Assembly: GCA_002633005.1 (NCBI GenBank)
Contig: NMRA01000531.1
Coordinates: forward strand, 2,437-66,436
From: Phoronis australis
Lineage: Eukaryota > Animalia > Phoronida
DNA length: 64,000 nt
Direction of reading: 5' to 3'
Under the pieces are notes generated by a model. The model worked only from the letters and a program-made list of their open reading frames with translations. It made no database searches and had not been told where the DNA came from. Each line of letters opens with the position of its first letter. Position 1 is the first letter of the stretch. A program made the position numbers and the translations under genes. Below are positions 25,407 to 36,131 of this stretch, in pieces.

Positions 25407-27456
25407 CAACCCTTTGTCAAATGCAGCAGTTGTGCTACCGGTACTATTTTTTGAAGGCGTATGTTAACACTCTGAAGGACTCCTCATGCGGCTACAGTTC
25501 AACTGAAAAATCAAACGCATCTAATCATATTTGTGAGCCTAAATCTCACACAGAAATCATAAAAAACGGTGAAAGTATAACAAAAAATTGACCTGTCAAC
25601 TAATTCATGGTCGTATTATTCTAAAATTACTGATATAACACCGTAACTTGAACAATTATTCAGGGAAATGCACAGAAAAAATGTGCGTTCACGATCGCCA
25701 TGGAGAATTAACAGCTTCGTTCTCGATCGCCGTTTCACACAAGGACCTGCTTGTATCGGTAGATAGCTCGAATTGTTTCACAAATTATAACTAACAAAGG
25801 TGTCACCAGGGACGATTTAACTATAAACGTCACACGTGTCCACTGAAGAACCCAGGAATTGCTAATAACAAGTAGAAATTGACGAATTTACGAGACGCAA
25901 GTCATTTTAGGCCTACCGAAAGCCATTGCATTCTGCGGTCTCTATTTCAAAAAATAGCAAAAGCCAAGTATTATTTCAGATCCACAACAAAGGCTAAGCT
26001 CTGGCGCTTTTCTTTGTGTCGCATTGGTACCAAAGTAGCCTCTATTTAAGAAGAAAATGACACTTAAACTCACCGGGTACTTCAGTCTGACATTTTTGGT
26101 GTAAGGTCTCGTTCTCGATCGCGGGTTGGCCGGGGTGATGCTAGCCGAGTAAAACCTCACTTGTTCAATAGCAGAGTGTTTAACCGGTCTTGATTTCTGC
26201 GAATGTCTTTTGACAATTGCGAGAATTGGCGGTTAGTAATAAAATTACAAAACAACGGATTCTGTCGTTTTATAGCTCTGTTCCAAACTAAAAACTTCAG
26301 GCAAGAAGTCTGTCCCATCCAAAAACAATCCAAAAATGCGTTTGTCGGCCTAAACACGATAATGTCCCTCTCATTTATGGAGATCAAACGGATCTGTGGG
26401 GAAGCTGTCAAGGCAACCAGATGTATGCGTGGAGTGTCATTTATTTCCCATCTCCTGTGACTTTTCTGATCAAACTAGACTGGTAAACACCTTAAAAATG
26501 GTGATTTAAAAATTTGATATGGGATGCACGGCTGCGCCTGTTGGCAAAGCCATACTGGAATGGCTATTGCCGAGATGTTTAAAACGGAAAAAACTAAGTG
26601 AGTGGCCCCGCATTTTTTGCAAGCTTGTAATAGACAAATATTAAAATACAAAACATGGAAATCTAAAAAAACAGCAATAAATTAAAACTGTGTCGAACCC
26701 CTTAGCACGTCAAGTACATGACAAACAATCCCTTTGTCCATAAGCCGGCTGTACAAATAATCTCCACTAGAATCTTTCTTCATAAGAAATATTCCTAAAA
26801 ATAACGCTGTTTGTAAGAAAAGCACTGTGGTTGGCGAGACAAATGTGACAACTGTTCATACGAAAAGAACTGCGATACAAGAGAACTACAGCTTGACAAA
26901 GGAAGGCGGCATGTAAGTAAAAAGTCCCTAAGTTCGTGACGGAGGAAGACTGGGGTAAGTGGTGTGTATTTACTAGGGCAAAGTACAAGTACCTCCCACT
27001 TGGAGGACAATCCCTCTGCAGGAATAGACAACATCGTTCAATAACAACCAGAAATTCCGACACTATTTTATTTGCCAATTATTCACCAATATTCCACGTT
27101 GACACCACACGTGGGGAATTGCAACCTTGCCCGCAGGCATAAGGAAGTGGAACTTGCACGCTATTTCCTTACCTCCGTGATTACTTGGTCAAATTAATTA
27201 GTAAGAAACGCAACATATAGCGACGATGTGAAAATGAGGTAGGTTGAAAATTGTCGAATGATTTTAAGAACAACTTTTGTGCTGAAAATGATCCACCGTA
27301 AATCACCCAGCCGTGTTCAGTGAGTACCGTGGCGTGGTGTTGGGGAATAACACTGCATTATGCGGGCTATGTGAGCCCCAAAGGTACATCAGTAGAGCAA
27401 AGGTCACCTACTTGCAGCATTTTTTGTTTTCACATTAACAAGTTGTCAATGAATAC

Positions 27457-27576
27457 CACAGGCGCTTGGATTTATCGCAAATGACGTCACTCAATAATAT
27501 ATATAAGAAAACATATGTTTTCTTATATATATATATTATTGAGTGACGTCATTTGCGATAAACCCAAGCGCCTGTG
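27457..27576. mobile_element. 120-bp foldback MITE (P-element-like)
   Basis: The whole element is a near-perfect palindrome, CACAGGCGCTTGG...CCAAGCGCCTGTG, with a perfect 8-bp TSD ATGAATAC (27449-27456, 27577-27584). Confidence 0.9.
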
Positions 27577-30500
27577 ATGAATACAACTGCACTTTGTTTA
27601 GCGTAGCTGAAGTTCAAATAGCATTGTCGTTTAGTTCCTTCCATACATTAGCATAGTTAAGAGCATGCAAATACATCTTTAAAACAACTCACCAGATAAA
27701 TTATTGCACACAATTAAATACGAATAATGTTATATGTACAATGACCTGAAAAACCAATTAACAAATAAAAATCCACTAATTACCAACTAACTTGTCCCAC
27801 AAGGAACGCTAGAGTCGTTTAAAAGAGAAAAACAAAAAAATGATACATTGGTGTAGCAACTCCAGTGATGCGGGAGCATACTGGTGGAATAGTTGTCTGA
27901 ACACATTGATTTATCCAAACACACCTTTGTCAAAATCAAAGTGCTTAATTGTCCCCGTGGTTACCTGAACCGGAATTTATTTTTGGAAATTATGATGCAA
28001 TTGTTGATTTTTGGGTCACAATCGCGTCGTAATAGAGGCAGATACGTTATCTCTAAATATCCAAATTGCCATTATTGTGGTTTCAACATTTGCGATGTCA
28101 TTTATACTATTCTGTATTTCAAACTCATCACGTTTACGTGACAGCTTGGCTGGCAGGGTTGTGTTGGCGTGCACTACGTACGTGCAATACAATCGTGATA
28201 CACGTGCCTCGCACGTAATGCATGGCAATATCTCACCAGAAACTTGCTTACTACTACGGAACGCACCCCAGATTTACATGACCATTCAAGGTTGCGTTGA
28301 GTAGGGTCAATATGTTGCCAGTGAGGCGAAATATCAGGTTAGAGAATGGTAACATCATTTCGCGAGTGAGCTTGAAAATTTACTAGCATACACACTCAGC
28401 CTGTAATATGAGGGGCTCGAATTTCCGACAACTTTTTGTGGACCTTTTACGAACAAAAAAGCGGGAGGACTAAAAAAAAGTTGCTATGAAGTTGTAGACC
28501 CTCTGGTCCACTTTAAGTTAGTAAATCTTCGTACATATGAATCATGATATGAATACTGCAAACAGTGCTTTAACCATTCTGAGTAACATTAATGCCTAGG
28601 AGGTTATCGAAAACTTAGATGACAGTGCAAGTGCCCGGTTGCATAAAACAGTCCCACATAGGGACTCGACTAATTTCCCTAAATCGTCCGAGTATTTGTG
28701 GGCTTGCGAAAACACTGATTGTTCTTTCTTGTGCTGTCTGAGTCTCATTACTAAGTCAATTTTTGTCTTTGATACAAATCGAGGGTGAACTATATGTTGA
28801 ATTGTCAATACTATTGACAATAAGTAGGGGTCTTCTCGTGCAACATCTCTAATTTAAAGACTAAGAACACAATTATTATGGCTCAATTAAAGGCTCAGTT
28901 TTTACTTACAATATTAGAAAATGTCACAAGTCAAAGAGGAGCTCATAATAAAGATATAATGATAGAAAAATATTACATCTCTGAGCAAAGAACGAAACAA
29001 ATACTCAACATATTTAGGGACCTTAATTGAGTTCCTATTTGGGACTGTTTCATGCAATGGACTACAGAATTCTTAAAATAATTACTCCAAATCGAAATTC
29101 TTTTTTGAAATTTTCTGTTTGGTTCTATTTTTGTACAAGTTCAAGATAATTGTCCCTGTTCAAGTTAGTTATGGTCAATACTGATGAGTGTTTAGTTGCA
29201 CTTAATGACCATTAGATTCAAGAACAAACTCAAGTAAGATTCCCAGTAAAGACTAAGATTTTGAGTTCATGCTTGGGTTAACGCTAGGACCATCAAGTGC
29301 AAACCAGTATTCGTCAGTCATCCGCCTACACCATAGAGAATTGGGACACAATAACAGGAACTGATCTTAAGTTTGAACAAAAGTAGATCCAAAAATGTCA
29401 AAATATATTGAGCACAAAGATTAGACTCCAGGTCTGACATATTTTCGCCACCTGAAGACCAGAAACAAAATACTGATTTGTGTACTACCATTTGCCATGT
29501 TAGCAAAATGCACCCAACGATAGCCTGAAAAATTACATTACAGTTGAAAGAATGTCATTAAAGCAAACCAAATAAAAGAATACATAACACAGCTTGGAGT
29601 AGCCTCTGGCAAAAAGCGCGTTTGCTCAGTCTGACACAGTAAGGCAGATGTCAAGTCAGTTGATAACCAGCAATGGGTTATATCTGGCAACATCAGCAAA
29701 CAGCTACACCAACCTACACCAGTGTGAAATGTAGTACCAGTGTCCAGACCCCACTGTTAAAAGACCTCAATATGGATCCCTCCCAACCAAGTTGGCCACT
29801 CACAGTGGATCTAATGCATGTACAAGAAGAAAGGCTGCCTGAGCAAGGCCCAGTATTGTTGCAAAAAAAAACAGTGAAATAACATTTTGAAATAAAAAAT
29901 CAAAATGTCTAAATTGAAAATACTCAGATTGTAGGAACTGTTCACATGTTCGCCATCCCCTGTTTGTGTTTACAGGTTGAAATTAATATCAACTAAAAAT
30001 GTTGTTTTACTGCAAACATCTTTCTAATTTTTATACTGCATTGATCATTTCTAGAATATAGTTTATAAAAAAGAAATGATTGTGGGCGTAGATTTACTTT
30101 AAGTACCACAGTTTCATACTTATTGACGTCATCACCGTGTGTGGTTGACGAAAGAGTTAAGTCAACATGTGGCTGGTTTGAATCCCAATAAATATTTCCT
30201 ACCAAATCCATATCTCCCAGGAGAGATAACTCTATGGTTCATTAGTCGGTAGCTATCTGTGGTTCAGGCTTATAAATACCATTATTCAGAACTACAACAA
30301 GGTTGCTTGGTTATTTCTGTTAAAATGAAATTCCACACGAAATAGATACTATTCAGTAAAACAATAACTTTGTCTTAATCATCAAATACTTCACTAAGCT
30401 GTCCAAGACAAGTAATTTCTTTCTCCTGGGGTCTTTTTCACAAAAAATTATTGAGACCAAAGACAAATTTGGTCTTACGTACCCAATACACCATTGCCAA

Positions 30501-30917
30501 ATAAAGGTTAAACCACTGACACAACACAATCGTGAAATAACTTACACAAAGTAACTCAGTCACTAGAAGTAATGAGAATATTCTCAGAGAAAGGGCATTG
30601 TTGCTAAAGTGAGATTTAACTATTTTTCAGAAATCACAGTGTGCAGCATAAGACTAAATTTATGACTTTAAATCCACTCACTTTTTCAAGAAACAAACCC
30701 TTAATTGATGGATGATTAAAATCCAAGTACCATACAGAACAGAGTTTTTAGTATGCCCATGGCGCTTAAATTGGAAAATCCAAAAGGAAGCCCCCATTGT
30801 ATAAACTGGAAGTGGGTATTAAAAGAGAAAATTTGGAATTTCTGGGCGTGGGCATTAAGGCAAACACCAGCGTTAACCCAGATGAGTATGGTAACATCAA
30901 AACACATAGAGTCCAGT

Positions 30918-31196
30918 TCAGCTGTTAATCGGCACTAGAAAATCTGCCTCCACTATCTGTTCAATGTAGTCTTTGGATGAGCTGAAGGATTCGCTTTGTG
31001 ACCCTGTCCCAGTTGACCGGTGAAGAGTGTCCGTCCCTGACACTGACCTCGACATTGCACTATTAGGTGCATTCAGATGAGGAGCATCTACGATAGCATT
31101 GAAGAATGGCTGCAGCTCGTTGAGAGATGAGATCGTTGTCATGGTGATGAGAAGGGTGCTATGGGGCTTTGTGATCGGGTGGAAGTGAGTGCCATA
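30918..31196 (-). CDS. DOP1: Dopey/DOP1 terminal coding exon
   Basis: AG acceptor at 31197-31198. Reads YGTHFHPITKPHSTLLITMTTISSLNELQPFF...DYIEQIVEADFLVPINS*, matching the Dopey C-terminal pattern (LxPFF ... IExxVExDFL). Confidence 0.92.
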   Translation of the reverse strand, partial: YGTHFHPITKPHSTLLITMTTISSLNELQPFFNAIVDAPHLNAPNSAMSRSVSGTDTLHRSTGTGSQSESFSSSKDYIEQIVEADFLVPINS

Positions 31197-31336
31197 CTGA
31201 AATGTGGGAAGGAGACAAGAACTAGCAAGACTGCCACACCTTCGTAATGTTAATCAAAACAACATATTCCATAAAGGGGATAAACCCTTAAGTATGAACC
31301 ACAAAAAAGGAAGTACTGAAGATAAAAATAAATTTN

Positions 31337-31639
31337 GTCCCTGACACTGACCTCGACATTGCACTATTAGGTGCATTCAGATGAGGAGCATCTACGATAG
31401 CATTGAAGAATGGCTGCAGCTCGTTGAGAGATGAGATCGTTGTCATGGTGATGAGAAGGGTGCTATGGGGCTTTGTGATCGGGTGGAAGTGAGTGCCATA
31501 CTGAAATGTGGGAAGGAGACAAGAACTAGCAAGACTGCCACACCTTCGTAATGTTAATCAAATCAACATATTCCATAAAGGGGATAAACCCTTAAGTATG
31601 AACCACAAAAAAGGAAGTACTGAAGATAAAAATAAATTT
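31337..31639. repeat. 303-bp near-identical tandem copy of 31033-31335 across a single N (probable assembly overlap artefact)
   Basis: The copy begins immediately after the N at 31336. Only one substitution was seen (CAAAAC vs CAAATC). Confidence 0.85.
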
Positions 31640-33091
31640 ACGGTAAAATCTCATCTATTGAAGACACAATGAGGCGGACTGGAAAACTGGAGCTTTATTC
31701 TCCATAGAATGTAAGTTTGTAACACCAAACAACTTATTCTTTATCACTTTAAGTTCTATGCTATACGAACTGGCAACAGTTTAGAGAAATTGAAGCCTTT
31801 GAAAAATCAACAAAATCTGAAATTGGAGAAATCTAACTGCAAGTGAAAACATCTTCAAGAAAATCGCATGTATCACAACCTTACAGTGAGTATGAACCTG
31901 GCAACAAAGTAAATCTTTTACAACTCAATAGATGGCATCACTAGTTTAGAACATTGGTTTCAGTTTTTGTTCGATCTTTGATTAACATTACACTGAGTGA
32001 GTGAATTAATACATAAACTAGTCTTTGATTTAAGATGCTAAAGATTTAAATCACTGATCTTAATCTTAATGTGTCATTATTAGCTTATTTCATGGGCCAG
32101 TATTTTGCTTCCTTCGTATATTCTTTATAGTATGTTTCATATTTTTATAACGAGATTTGCCAAATAAATCTCTCTCCATCTATAACTCATGTTATCAGCT
32201 ACAACGCAGACGTTTGTGAGTTCGTTTAACCCTGAAAGACATAAGAAACTATCATTCACACACTGATTCTGTGCTGCAAGGCACCAAATCTAGTTTGAGT
32301 GATTCATTGTTATGAGGCAGCTCAAGTCTGGAGTTGGTCTAAAGTGCTGCTTACAATCAGGTGATACTCTTGACATAAACGTAACCTGTAAATAAAATTT
32401 GACAGGGCATGGAAATGGTACTGCGCTTGTCGCCCATTTTTGAGGGTGTGCAATATGTACTTGACCCTATTCTTCAGTCACGTCAATTGCACATCTAAAC
32501 AGAAAGTGGAGTCAAGACGGAAGCATTGGTCTCTTTGTGGCAGCCCAATAGACAGTACACAAACATATAGTCATAGCAACTATCCCATGTGATTTCCAGA
32601 TTTTACTCAACAACTTTCAAACCGTGTAAAAGGTCACTGCCAGAGGACACCTTGTCACTTTGGCTGACATCTTGTCAATGTTAATGTCTGAACAGCACAT
32701 ACCTAATGCATTCAGAGCACAATTCCTCAACTCATTAATGAGTCGATTTACTAGTGGACAACATTGCTTCTTAAACTGCTCAAGACTTGAGCTGTGTTCT
32801 GTAAACACAAAACACTGGCAAAACACTTGCAGTGAAAACTCTTCCCTTAGGGAATAAAAAACATGAATTCTATCCCTTTATTCAGCGACAAATCACTTCA
32901 GTGAGTGGTATTCTACAATGGTAAGCTAGCAACATTATGAGTATAAAGTACAAGACAAAAGTGCTCAAACAAAATGCCATTCAACCGTTATGACGATGAA
33001 TTCTGTGACTGTTAATAACTATCAGAGTTGCAAAATTCCACTTACAGAATGGCTAAGGCAGCTTCACACACCATTTCCAGCTCCCACTCAC

Positions 33092-33200
33092 CTTGTTATT
33101 CATCATTTCAGCGATACGGACGCAGTGAGGCACAAATTTGGGGAGGTCACTCTTTGTACCCTGATCTTTCCTGGTCTCACCGATGAAGGCCCATTTATAC
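33092..33200 (-). CDS. DOP1: Dopey/DOP1 coding exon
   Basis: AG acceptor and GTGAGT donor. Reads YKWAFIGETRKDQGTKSDLPKFVPHCVRIAEMMNNK (cf. YRWAF...FKPYVVRLAKLL). Phase 2 in, 0 out. Confidence 0.92.
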
Positions 33201-34264
33201 CTGAAACGATCCAGCAAAAACTTTTCTTTCTAACTCCCCAAATAATGTTTACTACAATCATTTCTCTTCTCTTTTACTGCCACCTATGAAGTTTTTCTCT
33301 TGGTTAACATCTGTCTCAACTATTTGCTAGAGAGGGACAATAATTTTACCAGAGTGTGTTATCAGTTCATTATAAATTAAACGAGAGCAACACAGAGCCT
33401 TTATATGTGCCAACTGTGTACATTGCACAGAGCAGACACAGGGGATGATCATTATTTTAAACATAACCACTAATGAAAATAATGCTACTATATTTAAGTA
33501 GCCTCTAAGTAGTGAAAAGTAATACAGCAATGCACAAAATGATCTTTAGAGTGGTTTGGTCAATAGATAGGCGGACGCCAAAAAACTGACTAGTGAGCAC
33601 ACACGTACATCTTGTGGAGCTGCAGAAACCTTTGGCTATATGTATGCTGAATGTACATTTGTTAATAAGTAGCGGCATGACGTTCACCAACATAATTTAA
33701 ACTTTGGCAAGGATGTGATATTGACTGCATATTTTGGATGTGATTTTGAACATGGAAATAGTATATCAACCATGTGTGACTACTTTATTTATCTGCATGC
33801 TAAGGACCAAACTGAACCCACCTTCACGGCATTTAAACATGATCTTAGTACATGTGCGCACCCTAATTGGCGAAGTGGGCAAAAACTCCGAAAAAAGTAG
33901 AAAACGAGACAAAAATCCAACACAGCAGGAACTACCAAAATTTGGCGAATGCACAATTCATAGGTCTGAACATACCCCATGAATCATTTTTTAGTGAAAG
34001 GTCCACATTCTCAAAAACTCAAGCCCCCATTTTTTAGGCTGAGTGAACGCCTGTTGTAACTACATTGCCATAAGAAATAGTCCCCTTTTGAGAAATAAAA
34101 AACTGTAATACATTCTTTTGACAAACCCTAAACTAATATTTGAAGCAGCAGGAAAAAATTAAATTGCGTTTACCAATTATTCTAAAGCAGGTTTGTGTGT
34201 GCGTGTGTGCATGTATACTTGATGTTTCATTAGTGCAATTGTTTGTTTATTTTTGTGAATAACT

Positions 34265-35531
34265 AACAAGAGCAACGCGGAGCGTTGAAATGCGCCCACG
34301 AATGCATCGCAAATGGTATGCTTTTAGAGTTCTTTATTTGTATCATCAAAATGGCCACTAGACGGCGCATAATATGTCGAATCCTGTCTGAAAACCAGAA
34401 AATGTCATCATTTCATTAAAAGAAAGCCATTTACCAAATTTCATTAAAATTCATCGAGGAACTTCAGAGAAACAGAGGAAGATGAAAAAAATGAAATTGC
34501 CACTAGGGGCACAGTGTTTGTGGGATCCGTCTAAAAGTTATCGTCTTCTCTTGTTAATTTCATATAACTACACAAGCTAAATTTAATAAAGATCCTGCAG
34601 AGGGCTTAGAAGATACAAGTATGGGTGCAAAAAAAACCCCACCACTAGGAGGCACCACAGTAGTCGAAGTCATCGGAAATTACTTGTCAACCGTCCCCTT
34701 CATAGAAAGAACACACATGCCAACTTCCACAATCATCCTCAGAAAACAACAAAAATGGCCACTAGGTGGCGCAAAATACCTTAAATCAATCCGAAGATGA
34801 ATGGCTAGCGTCACCTCACTAATACATGTCTATGTGCCAAATTTTATGGAAATCCGTTGAGGACCTTTGACGATACGGAGGTAAACGTAAAAAACTATAA
34901 TTGCCACTAGGGGGCACACCGGTAGACCGACCTGTCCGAAAGTCGCCGTCGTCTGTTGTCAACTTCATATAAATATATTTGCTCAATTTAATAAAGATCC
35001 TGTAGAGCATTTAGCAGATACAGCCACGGGCGTAAAAACAAACAAAACTGACACTAGGATGCGCCACAGTATTCGAAGTCATCAGAAATCATTGTCAACT
35101 GTCTTCTTCATAGTAAGAACATATGTGCCAATTTTCACAATCATCCTTCGAGTGGTTTCGTTGTTAGAGGGGCAGACGCCAAAAAAACGACTCGAAAATA
35201 GTAAAAATGGCCACTGGATGGCTCAAAATGCCTCAAATCCATCCGAAAACCAGAGGATAGCGTCAACTTATCAATAGATGCCTATGTGCCAAATTTCATG
35301 AAAATCGGTTTGAAAATACAGAGGTAAACGTAAAAAACTATAATTGTCACTAAGGGGCACAGCGGTATTCCACTCGGTCCGAAACTCGTCGCCCTCTGTC
35401 GTCAACCCTATAGGAACAAACCTACCACATTTCAATAAGATTCTGCAAGGGGTTTAGGAGATATAGCCGCGGACGCCGGACAGAGATGACGGCAATATGC
35501 GACCACACATAAATATGTGGGTGGATAAAAA
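34265..35531. mobile_element. pearl/HINE-type (Helentron-associated) non-autonomous element with an internal satellite-like array
   Basis: Starts AACAAGAG plus the hairpin CAACGCGGAGCGTTG. About 8 diverged subunits contain GCCACTAGGGGGC-like cores roughly 110-160 bp apart. Ends with a GGAC-like stretch, a hairpin and ATAAAAA. Confidence 0.7.
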
Positions 35532-35969
35532 TGAACATTTACAAAAGTCTCTGTTAGTTGTTAGTTTCAATACCAGACAACAGTGGTTTCCAAACCCAGA
35601 AACCAAAGTGTTAAAATTACTAGTTACAGTGCATGATAATGCAATTCATTTAAGCCAAGTGTGTTTTACAGGAGTAACATCATTGCTACTGTGGCAATTG
35701 CCCTGCTCCATACAAAAAGGAGCTTACCGTAGATCAGCGCTTCAAATATACAGGTTTCTTGATAACAGCCGCATAGATCATGTGTTGCAGTAAGGAGAAC
35801 TGATGATACTAGAGATTCACACAAAAATTAAATGACGATTTGGAAGTGCAACGTGCTGTGAAACGGGCCAAATTTTTAATGATAAGCATGTGACAAAGTT
35901 TCTATGGAAGTGAAAAACAGTGTTTACAAAATTGCTTCCTTGTAGTTTGAATTCATGCTAGCAACTTAC

Positions 35970-36131
35970 AGCTGAAACTGGGCGGGAGCCTCTGAAGACA
36001 GTACTAAGGCCAAGTCTAGCAGTTTACAGGCTGCAAGGTACAACTGGAGCCAGGTGGGGTTAGTGAGCGCGCTCAGACCATTGCCATGCACCCAGCTGGT
36101 GTCCAGGGCAGTAAGACGCTGGATCTGGGAC
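35970..36131 (-). CDS. DOP1: Dopey/DOP1 coding exon
   Basis: CAG acceptor and GTAAGT donor. Reads SQIQRLTALDTSWVHGNGLSALTNPTWLQLYLAACKLLDLALVLSSEAPAQFQ (cf. WLNLYLSACKFLDLAL). Confidence 0.95.

Larger units (their letters stand above)
22920..26137. mobile_element. 3.2-kb non-autonomous DNA transposon with CAC termini and a 5-bp TSD (Transib-like)
   Basis: Perfect 29-bp TIRs CACCCCGGCCAACCCGCGATCGAGAACGA and TSD ATGCT (22915-22919, 26138-26142). Inward-facing GCGATCGAGAACG repeats occur at both ends. The superfamily is inferred from termini and TSD only. Confidence 0.85.

Noticed and set aside
26767-27142. Cluster of overlapping short ORFs
   Set aside because: No motif or consistent exon structure, and the lengths are compatible with chance.
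28600-30917. DOP1 3' UTR end and poly(A) site
   Set aside because: No unambiguous minus-strand AATAAA was identified by eye, so the extent cannot be called.
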